NCBI GenBank assembly: GCA_043228905.1
Contig: JBHGNT010000011.1
Span: forward strand, 1,612,001 to 1,676,000
Source: Azolla caroliniana
Taxonomy: Eukaryota; Plantae; Polypodiophyta
Direction: 5' to 3'
Length of the DNA stretch: 64,000 bases
How positions within the stretch are numbered: the first letter of the stretch is position 1; each line of letters starts with the position of its first letter. A program made the translations under genes and the position numbers. Shown one piece after another: positions 13,370-24,600 of this stretch. A model generated the notes under the pieces. It was not told where the DNA came from. It searched no databases and worked only from the letters and a program-made list of their open reading frames with translations.

Positions 13370-14305
13370 GTGGCGGAAGCTAGAGCCGAAAAAGCTAAAA
13401 TCCGATCCAAGAAACTGGAGGATCGGATACAACTGGCAAAAACATAAATCGGAAAATGGCTCGATGCAAAGGATGAATTAATTCAACAACTGCGCCAAAA
13501 GTTAGCATAGTAGTAGGAAGCCACGCGCCAAAATGCTGAGCAAGTGGAGGAACTTGAAGAATATGTAAATGTACAAACATAATATTTTGCGGAAGAGATG
13601 GTTGGAAAAGACACCTTGTTGAAGGACATCAATGAAAAATATAACAAACAACAAGAAGAATGGGAAGTTCTCGAAAGACGGTGTTCAGAAGTAGAAGACT
13701 TGTCTGAAAAAAGGCGACTTGATCTATTACTCGCACAAAACAAGCTTTTGCAGACAGAAGTAGAAAATAATGCTCAAATTGATGATTTACGAAGAACATT
13801 GGCAGCAACACAGTTTCAGGCAAGTATAACCGAGGAAAGAATTCGAGATATCCTAAGACACCATAAACTTAACACCTTGAAAATGGTGAATGAGTCCATC
13901 AATAAGGGATGGAAAGCCTAGTCAGCACAAGCAATCGAGCTTCAGTTGTTACAGGCTAACAGAGACAATAGGAAGGCTCATGGCCAAGGTTTCTTCAAGA
14001 TGACGGAAGAAGCAATATCAACTATTCAGGAGGATATTGCTAAAGACTTGTATGAGATAGCAACGTGTCACCGAGAAGAAGTTAGTCGAATTATGAAAGA
14101 ATTTGACAAACATGATGTCGACATAGTTGTCCAACTAGATAACCTTCAATCCGAAAGGCGAGATCAGACCCCAGGACTTGAAGCACCGGCAACAGAGAAA
14201 CCAAGACCACTGGCCGCAGATACAAACATGTTTACAGAAACCGAAGACAGACGAAGAAGACATGCAGCAACCCGAACCTTCATTGTTCGATATTCTGCAA
14301 GATGA
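13370..14305 (+). pseudogene. Extra coiled-coil-rich ORF of gypsy F, in frame with the end of the protease spacer
   Basis: One E/K/Q/L-rich reading frame interrupted only by TAA/TAG (e.g. TAGTAGTAG near 13508). ORFs 13598..13921 and 13946..14305 share this frame. Confidence 0.65.
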
Positions 14306-16609
14306 TGCATGAGGATCAATTAGATGAGGACCTTCCTTCGGACCAATAGGAGTAAAAGGATACCATGGGGTTCGCCGGACAAAGCCCTGGCCCACGGGCG
14401 TGCCATGTGTTACCCGGACAAGTGGGGAAGTGTCGGAGTTGGAGTTGGATTCGGATCGGTATAGAGGATCGATGAGTCAGCATTTGGCCGAAGTAAATTA
14501 AAATAGAAATTATAAGTTAGTTAAAGATTTTGTAGTTCTTGCCATGTTTGGCAATATGTTTTCTTGATGAGCAAGTCCTTCCGGTTGCCTATAAAAGGAA
14601 CCGAAGGCAATGTAAAGAGCCATCATTTTATTTAGTAATATAAAGTTAGTTTAGGAAATCTCTGTGTACGAAACACTCTGTCAATCTATTTCCTTTCTGT
14701 TATAACTTATTACTAAATAGCGATCTCGATGTCTGCTAACCATCGATAAGTTTACAACCATTTTTAGTATCTATTTCGTCTAAAGCGCAACTCATTGATA
14801 GAACGTTCAGTGAGCAATGTTCGACCTATACTATGTCGGCAATAGTTATTGTCGACCGAACAACATGCATTCCGTCTCATCCGTGGTCTTGAGCGGAAGG
14901 AGGTTCGGTTTTGTTTGCCAGCCAAGCAATCGGTGCACTTCTCAAGATGCACACCTTTTACCTCCGGAATGAGGTTGTCTTCGGCAAGTCTTCTCATCCC
15001 CCTTCTGGCTTATATGACACAGTCCCTTGTGCCACAACTCACAGGCAATGTCGGATGCTACGTTCACTTCTTCTCGGAATATCCGGGTAAGGATAAGGTA
15101 AAACGTGTTGATCTTCCGGGCTCGACTCACGATCAAGCTTCCTTTGCTGAATTTCATGACTCCGTTCCAGATGCTACCCGTGTAGCCTTCATCATCTAGC
15201 TGACCGACTGATATTAGGTTCAACTGAACGTCCAGAACATGTCGGACTTCTTGCAGCAGCAACTTGCATCTGGTTGATGTTTTCAACAACACATCTCCTA
15301 TGCCAAAAATTCGGCATGTACCTTCATTCCCCATACAGACACAACCTTGATCTCTGGCTATGTAGGATGAGAAGTTTTTCTAGTCCGGTGTTAGATGAAA
15401 CGATGCTCCGGAATCGACAACCCATGTTTTCTCATCACCAACAAGGTTTAACTCATTCTCCTCAGTAATGAGAATGAGTTCTTCTTCACTTGTCGCAATT
15501 GCTGATGTTCCCTTCCGATCCAAACCGTTTTGGTTTGAACTGGCATTGTCGGCTCCTTTCTCTTTCCGAAAATGCCAACAATTCTTCTGGAAGTGCCCCG
15601 ACTTCCCACAATAGAAGCAAGTAGGCCTCCCCCTTGACTTCGATCTCGTCCCCGATTTGTCCCGGTTTTGGGGACTCTGATACCGGCCTCTTCGCTGGTA
15701 ATGGTCATCTTCCGTGACCAAGGCCTTCGGATCGGTTCCGGACTCCCGGTCCTTCCAGCGAGCTTCTTTTGGCCCGGTGTTGCCCAACGTGACAACTAAC
15801 GTCTCCCAACTATCCCGGAGGGAACCGAGCAAGAGCAATACGAGTACCTCATCTGCGAGAGGTACTTCCAACGAGGTGTCTTGGTTTATTAGCCCCTGGA
15901 AGGCATTCATGTCCTCCGCCATACTGCAACTGTCTTGGCACCGGAGCCTCACTAACTTCTGTAATACTAAAACCCGATTAATGACATTTTTGTTTTGGAA
16001 CATGATGTCGATCTTCTCCCAGAGTTCATGAGCCTTACTTTCTTCATTGAAGTTGTTGTACATGCTCATATCGATGAAGCACCAGATGTACGTCGTCGTC
16101 TTCATGTGCATAACCTCCCATGTCGCGGCATCGATCTTATTCGGTTTCTTGTCCCCAAACTGTACCGAGAACCAAAGATCTATAACCACCAACATGTCCC
16201 TCATCTTCAACTTCCACACGAAGTACTTGGAGCCGGCGAGCTTGAACATGCCGCCGAACGACTCTTCCATTTCTTGTGTTGTTTGTTCTGATACCAGATT
16301 GACCAGATTGATTGGAACTAGCGCGGAAGTATTGCTCGGCCACAACTGAGTCTCAAATCACTCTATGAAGGACCAAACACATAAATGGGAAATAGGTATG
16401 ATGAATGTATGTACACAAAACAACGATAGAGAATACAGGATGTTTACATGGAAAAACCCTAATCGGGAAAAAACCACGGGAGCCCACAAACTCCGAACTA
16501 TCACTATATGAGAGGAAATACAAAGTCGAAACATAGAGGCAACGATCTCGTGCTCGTGATCTTCGCCAGACGGCGGTTACAACAGAAAGTACTCGTAGCT
16601 ACTCTCTTG

Positions 16610-16640
<31 letters not shown>

Positions 16641-18036
16641 CAACAATAATAATAACCACAACCCACAATTCACAAGTAAAGTGCTTGCCCTAAGTCATAT
16701 TTATACTTATATGACTTTTAGGCTATTTACAAATATAGCCTCAGTGGGCTTACTCTAACATATTTACAATATATGTTCTTGGATCCGGTTTGCACTGAAT
16801 CCAACCAGATTCACTCAATCTGGTTTCCGGGTCTCATCCGGAACCCTTCCGGATACGGTTCCTTCATCCGGCTCATCTAATCTGACTGCTTCGGTTCTCA
16901 TCCAGATCCCAACCGGAGGGACTGAATTCCTAATAGATCTTCGTTAGCAAAAACGCTTTATCTTCTACCTTCTCCTAGAGCCAATGATATCTACTCTAGA
17001 TGTGCTTAGTACGGGAGTGGTAGGCCGCGTACATCGCGAGGTGGATGGCACTTTGAATGTCGCAGTAGACACATGTGAGGAATAGTGTGGAATACTGCTC
17101 GGCCACGACCGAGTCTTGAATTACTTCGATAAAAGTGCAACACAAGAAATGGAATAGACGTTCACACAAAAGAGAGTACATAGGATGTTTACGTGGAAAA
17201 CCCTGAATGGAAAAAACCACGGGAGCCCACAGACTACAGCTATCACTACGAAGAAAAGAGGGTACAATCAGAGACTTGGAGGCAATGACCTCGAGCTCTG
17301 TTTCTTTGCCAACCGGCGGTTACAACAAAGTATTTCTTTGTATCTCACACTCTCTGTGTGTCACTCTCTCTCTGTACAACGATATAACAACAACAATAAC
17401 AACACACGCATATAGTGATTGCCCTAAGTCATATTTATACTTATATGAACTTAGGGCTATTTACAAATATAGCCTCAATAGGCTTGCTCAAATCATATTT
17501 ACAAATATGTCTCTCTTCCGGTTCTCATCGGGTCTCCTCCGGTTTCCGGATCTCTTCTGGTTCTCATCGGGTCCCATCTAGAGACACTGATTTCCCAACA
17601 ATCTCCCCCTTCACTCCGGCATGGGATGTCTCGTCAACCCAATCCACTCTCGGCACGCATCTAGCTTGTCGGTCGTCAACACCTTGGTCAGCATATCCTA
17701 CCCGTTCTCCTCCGTGTGGATCTTTGTCAGCACGAACTCTTGATCTTCTACTCTCTCCTGGATCCAGTGTGTTTGAAAATCGGTCTCTCCGGATGGGATC
17801 TGGTGATGAATAAAGAGGACCCGACCCGGTGAGAACCGAAAGAGATCCGGAAACCGGATCGGTGGACCCGGTGAGAACGAAAAGAGAAGACAGATATGTA
17901 AATATGTCTTGAATAAGCCCATTGTTGCTATAGTTGTAAATAGCCCTAAGTTCATATAACTATAAATATGACTTAGGGCAATCACTTTACGTAGTTAGTG
18001 TGTGATTGTGTTGTTGTCATATTGCTGAAACTGTTG

Positions 18037-18100
<64 letters not shown>

Positions 18101-20900
18101 CAGAGCGATACTCTATTGTAACCACCACTGTATGAAGACACAGAGCTCAAGGTTATTGCCTCCGAGTCTCTGATTGTATCCCTTCTCTTCATAGTGATAG
18201 TTCAAAGTCTATAGGCTCTCGTGGTTTTTCCCTATTAGGGTTTTCCACGTAAACATCCTATGTCATTTTCTTGTGTACTCTCCACTTCCCATTTCTGTGT
18301 TTGATTCTTTTGAGAAGTGATTTACTACTCGGTTGTGGCTGAGCGATATTCAACACATTTCTCTTCAAATTGGTATCAGAGCGAACAACATAGGAAATGG
18401 AAGAATCTTACAGTGGCATGTTCAAGCTCACCGGCTCCAACTATCCAGTGTGGAAGTCGAAGATGAGGGACATGTTGGTGGGTAAAGATATTTAGTTGCC
18501 GGTTCAGTTTCAGGACAAGAGACCGGATAAGATCGACACCACAGTGTGGGAGGTGATGCACATGAAGACGACGACATACATCCAGTGCTCCATCTACATG
18601 AGCCTGTACAACAACTTCAATGAAGAGAGCAAGGCTCATGAACTCTGGGAGAAGATCGGCATCATGTTCCAAAACAAAGAATGTTGTTAATCGGGTTTTG
18701 GTATTTCGGAAGCTAGTGAGGCTCCGATACCAAGATGGCTCCAGTATGGCGGGCTGATACACCAAGCAACCTCAGTGGAAGTACCTCTCGCCGATGAGGT
18801 ACTTGCTCTACTCCTCCTCGGTTCCCTCCCGGATAGCTGGGAGACGTTAGTTGTCACGTTGGGCAACGCTGGGCCGGAAGGAAAACAACTATCCCTAGCA
18901 AGAGTCAAGTCGAGCTTGCTAGATGAGGAGGCGCGTCGGAAAGACAAGGAGGTGATCTCTGAAGCCAAAGCCCTCCGTACCGAATCAGAACGCGGAAGAC
19001 AAAGGAATCGGAATCCCCAGAACTGGGAAAAGTTGGGGACATGGTCAAAGTCAAGGGGGAGGCCCACTTGCTTCTATTGCGGCAAGCCGAGGCACTTCCA
19101 GAAGAACGATCGACATTTCTGAAAAGACAAGGGAGCCGACAGTACCGATTCGAAGAAGTCACCAAACCGAAACGGTTCAGATTGGCGAGGCCCGGATTGG
19201 AAGGGAACGACGGCAATCGTAGCAAGTGAAGAAGAACTAATGCTCATCACCGAGAAGAGTGAGTTGAACCTTGCCGTCGACGAGACAACATGGGTTGTCG
19301 ATTCCGGGGCGTCATTCCACCTTACTCTGGATTGGAAATGTTTCTCATCCTACACAGCCGGATAGGGAATGAAGGGACATGCCAAATTATTGGCATAGGA
19401 GATGTGCTGTTGAAGACATCAACCGGATGCAAGTTGTTTTGCTGAAGGATGTTCGACACGTTCGGGAGGTCTGACTGAACCTGATAGCAGTCGGTCGGCT
19501 AGATGATGAAGGCTACACATGTAGCATCCAGAATGGTGTCATGAAGTTCTGCAAAGGGAGCTTAATAGTGGCTTTAGCCCGGAAGGTCAACACACTATAC
19601 TTGATGCATGCTCGGATATGCCGGGAAGTAGTGAACGTAGCATTTGACATTGCCGGTGAGCTGTGGCACAAAAGACTGTGTCACATGAGTCAGAAGGGGA
19701 TGAAGAGGCTTGCCGAAGTCAACCTCATTCCGGTGAAGGAAGTGCAACTTGAGAAGTGCACCGACTGCCTAGCCAGCAAGCAAATCCGAACCTCCTTCCG
19801 GTCAAGACCACCGATGACACGGATTGCACCACTGGAGCTGGTGCATACCGATGTTTGTCAAGTAGACACGAAGTCACATGCTGGATCACAGTACTTCATT
19901 ACGTTCATTGATGACCACAGCCGGAAGCTGTGGTTCTCACCATTGAAGACGAAGGATCAGGTACTAACCGTCTTCAAGGAACTCCATGCGAGAGTGGAAA
20001 GAGAAACCGGCCGGAAACTGAAGGCGGTTAAAGTGGACAACGGAGGAGAATACCGGGGGCAGTTTGAGGAGTACTGCCAGTCGATGGGAATCCGGCTCGA
20101 ATTCATCGTGCCGAAGATGCCGGAACTAAACGGGGTGGCCGAAAGGATGAACCGGACCATAACGGAGAGAGTTCGGAGCATGCTCGCACATGCGAAGTTA
20201 CCCAAGAGGTTTTGGGCTGAGGCGTTGACGACGGCGACCTATGTCATAAACAAATCACCCTCAATACCCTTGGGAGGGGAATCACCTCATAAGGTAAGGA
20301 CCGACAAAGATGTATCTTACCGACATCTGAAGGTGTTCGGGTGTCTCGCATACGTGCATGTGGTGAAGGACAAGAGAGCAAAGTTGGATCCAAAGTCCCG
20401 ACCATGCAGATTCCTTGGATACGACGATGATGAGTTCGGTTACCTGGTGTGGGATCTGGTCGATAGAAAGGTGTTTCGGAGTTGGGACATAGTTTTCATG
20501 GAAGACAGGACCATTGCCGACTGGGAGTCAGAGAAGAAGGTAACGAACTTTGGATCATCCATTGAAAACCAGCCAGAGGACACAAGGACTTACCCGGTTG
20601 AAAACCGGACACTAGGCGGTAATCGGATGACACTCCACGAACCGGCCGGATACAGACAAGAAACCAAACTGACCGAAGAAGAAGAAGAAGAAGACACCGG
20701 AACCGGAGAAGATCCCGAATCGGATTCGGATTCAGAACAAATGGAGGAACCGACAGTCAGAAACCAAGGATGGAGATATCCTCTCTGGGAGAGAAGAGCC
20801 CCCCAAAGATTTCCAGATGCAGAGCATATGTTGCTAACCGATGAGGGGGAGCTAGAAAGCTTTGAAGAAGTAATGGGAGACACCCACAACAACAAGTGGT

Positions 20901-21314
20901 TGTTGGGATTTACGGTCCCTCCGGATGGGATGTCCGGAGATGAATGACGGCAAGCCCGGTTGCGGTTACGGAACCGGAGGATGAAGAGTACCCGGCATGA
21001 AGCCGGATGAAGAGTACCCGGCTACGGAGCCGGATGATGTAGACCCCGGGTACGGAGCCGGATGATGAAGACCCGGCTACGGAGCCGGATGATGAAGACC
21101 CGGCTACGGAGCCGGATGATGTATGTACCCGGAGAGAGATCCGGATGCGGGGACATATTTGTGAATATGTTTGCCAAGGGCCCTTGTGGCTATATTTGTA
21201 AATAGCCTGAAAGTCATATGTGTATAAATATGACTTAGGGCAAACTGTTTATTGCTGCTGTAAGTTGCTACTCATTTTTTCTGTTTTTCCACTTAGAGAG
21301 AGTGAAGAGAGCAG

Positions 21315-21345
<31 letters not shown>

Positions 21346-21615
21346 GAAGAGGTCGTTGCCTCTGTGCATTACCGCCGCCTGTGGCGAAGACAGTGAGCTC
21401 AAGGTGATTGCCTTGAAGCTTCACCATTGTACATCTCTGTTCATAGTGATAGTTGGAGTTTGAGGACTCCCGTGGTTTTTCCCGTATAGGGTTTTCCACG
21501 TTAATCCCTGTGTTATCGTGTCTTTCTCTGTGTGTCCTATTTTCTGCTGCATTGATTCGCGATTTGTCGGTTGTGGCCGAGCGGTGAAGGCGAATCGGAG
21601 CGTTGATTCGCAACA
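20901..21615 (+). repeat. 5' LTR of A (715 bp)
   Basis: Direct repeat of 25731-26443. TATAAAT at 21223. Confidence 0.97.
20972..21132 (+). repeat. ~27-bp CCGG-rich tandem array (~6 units) in U3 of A, repeated at 25802-25962
   Basis: Unit approximately GCCGGATGATGAAGACCCGGCTACGGA. Confidence 0.85.
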
Positions 21616-21618
21616 AAG

Positions 21619-21630
21619 TGGTATCAGAGC
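21619..21630 (+). promoter_or_regulatory. PBS complementary to initiator tRNA-Met
   Basis: TGGTATCAGAGC, 3 nt after the LTR end. Confidence 0.95.
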
Positions 21631-21646
21631 GACGGCAGTGCAGAAA

Positions 21647-24600
21647 ATGGAAGGCGGCAGCAGCGGGCAGCCGGGGATGATGGTGCTGAATGCGCAGAAC
21701 TACGCCGACTGGAAGATCAAGATGGAGGATCTTCTGATTGTTCGGGACCTGTACGAACCGATTGACAGGTCGGAAATACCGAAGGGGGTACTTGAGACGG
21801 AATGGAGGCTTCTGAACCGGAAAGCCGTTGCAACCATTCGGCAATACGTCGACGTGAGCGTTCTACAACATGTGGCGAACGACACCAACGCATACGAGAT
21901 GTGGCGGAAGCTGTCGGGCCTCTACGAGAGGAAGAATGCGTTGAACCGGACCTCCCTGATGAGGAAGATAGTGAACCTCAAGTACCGGGACGGTGAAAAT
22001 ATGGTGGAACACGTGAGCACGTTCATGGGATTCGTGAACCAGCTTGCGGCGATCAAGTTCCCGTTGGAGGATGCAATGCAAGCCATCATTCTGATGTGTA
22101 CATTGCCGGAAAGCTGGGAGAACTTGGTGGTGACTCTCAGCACCTCCTGCACCGAAGATAACTTGTCTCTACAAACGGTAAAGACAAGTATTCTAAATGA
22201 AGAAGCGCGTCGGAGAGATAAAGAACCGGCCACCGACTCGAAGGCGCTGCTTACCGAATCGGAACGGGGAAGACAATGGAACCGGAGTCCGCAAAGACGG
22301 GAGAAGTCGGGGACCCGGTCGCAGTCAAGAGGAAGACCCACATGCTTCCACTGTGGGAAGCCGGGGCACTTCCGGAAGAATTGTCGGCATTACCGAAAGG
22401 ACAACGGAGCCGACGACACCGATTCGAAGAAGTCACCGGAGAGAAACGGTGCATACCGGGGAGCCACGGGCCGGAGAGGTCCGGATCGGCGAGGGCAGGA
22501 CCGGAAAGGAACGACGGCACTCGCGGCAAGTGAAGAAGAAATAATGCTCATTACCGAAGAGAGGGAGCTGAACCTTGCCGGTGAAGAGATGACCTGGGTG
22601 GTCGATTCCGGAGCGTCGTTCCACCTGACCCCGGAGAAGAAATACTTCTCATCCTACATAGCCGGTGAGCACGGCTGTGTCCGGATGGGAAACGAAGGTA
22701 CGTGCCGGATTGCCGGCATAGGAGACGTGTGGTTGACAACCTCGACCGGATGCAAGATGCTGTTGAAAGATGTACGACACGTTCCGGAGGTTCGATTGAA
22801 CCTGATTTCGGCCGGGAGGCTAGACGATGAAGGCTACACGGGTAGCATCCGGAACGGTGTCATGAAGTTCAGCAAAGGGAGCCTGATAGTGGCTCGGGCC
22901 CGGAAGATCAACACACTGTACCTGATGAATTCCCGGCTATGTCCGGAGCAGCTGAACGTGGCAGCTGACACTGCCGGTGAGCTATGGCACAAGAGACTGT
23001 GCCACATGAGCGAGAAGGGGATGAAGAGGCTTGCAGAAGACAACCTTATTCCAGTGAAGCATGTGCACCTGGAGAAGTGCACCGATTGCCTGGCCGGTAA
23101 GCAGAACCGAACCTCCTTCCACTCAAGGCCACCGACGAGACGTAGCGCACCATTGGAGTTGGTGCACACTGACGTGTGTCAAGTAGAAACGAAGTCACAT
23201 GGCGGAGCCCAGTACTTCGTGACATTCATTGATGATCACAGCCGGAAGCTGTGGACGGCACCGTTGAAGACAAAGGACCAAGTATTGTCTGTCTTCAAAG
23301 AACTCCACGCGAGAGTGGAAAGGGAATCCGGCAAGGAGCTGAAAGCGATACGAGCGGATAACGGAGGAGAATACCGGGGGCAGTTCGCGGAGTACTGTCG
23401 CTCGAAGGGAATCCGGCTCGAGTTTACTGTGCCGAAGACGCCGGAACTGAACGGGCTGGCCGAGAGGATGAACCGGACCATAATGGAGAGGGTCCGGAGT
23501 ATGCTGGCGCATGCGAAATTACCCAAGGGGTTTTGGGCTGAGGCAATGTCGACGGCGACATACGTGATAAACAGATCACCCTCAGTACCTTTGGATGGAG
23601 ACACGCCGCAAAGAGTGTGGACCGGTAGGGAAGTATCCTACCGGCATCTGAAGGTGTTCGGGTGTCTCGCATATGTGCATGTGGCAAAGGACCGGAGAGG
23701 AAAGCTAGATCCAAAGACCCGGCCATGCATATTCCTCGGTTACGGCAACGACGAGTTCGGCTACCGAGTATGGGACCCGGTCGACAAGAAGATATTCAGG
23801 AGTCGAGATATCATCTTCATGGAGGACAAGACACTCGCCGACTGGGAGTCGGAGAAGAAGATGAAGAGCTCCAAGTCGACTGGTGAGGATCAACTCTACA
23901 AGGAGCAGTCCCGACCGGCAAGAGACCGGTTAGCACTCGAGGATCCGGCCGAAGACGGTGAAGAAACAGAACCGGCCGAAGAAGATGAAAATGATACCGG
24001 AACCGGCCCCGATCCCGAAATGGATTCGGATGAAGAAGAATCGGAAGAACCGGTTACCGAAGCTCCGGAACGGAGATATCCTCTAAGAGAGAGAAGGGCC
24101 CCCCGGAGATTTCCGGAACCAGAGCACGTGCTGCTAACCGACGAGGGGGAGCCGGAGAATTTTGAAGAAGCAGAGCTTGACACACATAGCCGCAGGTGGT
24201 TAAGTGCCATGCAGGAGGAGATGGATTCCCTGCATGAGAACCACACATATGAACTTGTGGAGTTGCCGAAAGGAAAGCGGGCACTTCGAAACAAGTGGGT
24301 GTTCAAGCTGAAACCGGGAGATGCCGGAAACCCCCCGAGATACAAAGCCAGGATCGTGGTGAAGGGGTTCCAGCAGAAGAAGGGCGTCGACTTCGACGAG
24401 ATATTTGCCCCGGTAGTGAAGATGACCTCCATCCGGACGGTGCTGAGCATAGCGGCAAGCATGGACCTCGAGGTAGAACAGATGGATGTGAAGACGGCAT
24501 TCCTTCACGGTGACCTCGAAGAAGAGATCTACATGCAGCAACCGGAAGGATTCGAGAAGAAAGGAAAGGAGCACCTGGTATGCCGGTTGAAGAAGAGCCT

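Larger units (their letters stand above)
10440..14865 (+). mobile_element. Non-autonomous Ty3/gypsy element F (non-chromovirus, Phygy/Tat-like), TSD TACAT/TGCAT
   Basis: LTRs 10440-10921 and 14408-14865 (TGTTACC...GAACAACA). TATA on the + strand at ~14590. Gag with CCHC knuckles and a protease; no RT, RH or IN. Confidence 0.9.
8925..16935 (-). mobile_element. Degenerate Tork-like copia E (5' LTR ~16309-16935), interrupted by gypsy F, RT truncated
   Basis: PBS (rc) at 16285-16296, gag 15380..16345, IN/RT minus ORFs to ~8925. Host sequence is continuous across F. Confidence 0.85.

Noticed and set aside
14391-14865. Reading F as a minus-strand element with its PBS at 14391-14405
   Set aside because: Gag-PR, the extra ORF and the LTR TATA box are all on the + strand, and a + strand PBS exists at 10933.
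21518-21646. N-terminal 43 aa of the 1400-aa ORF call
   Set aside because: It starts at a non-ATG codon inside the LTR and upstream of the PBS. ATG 21647 is the likely start.
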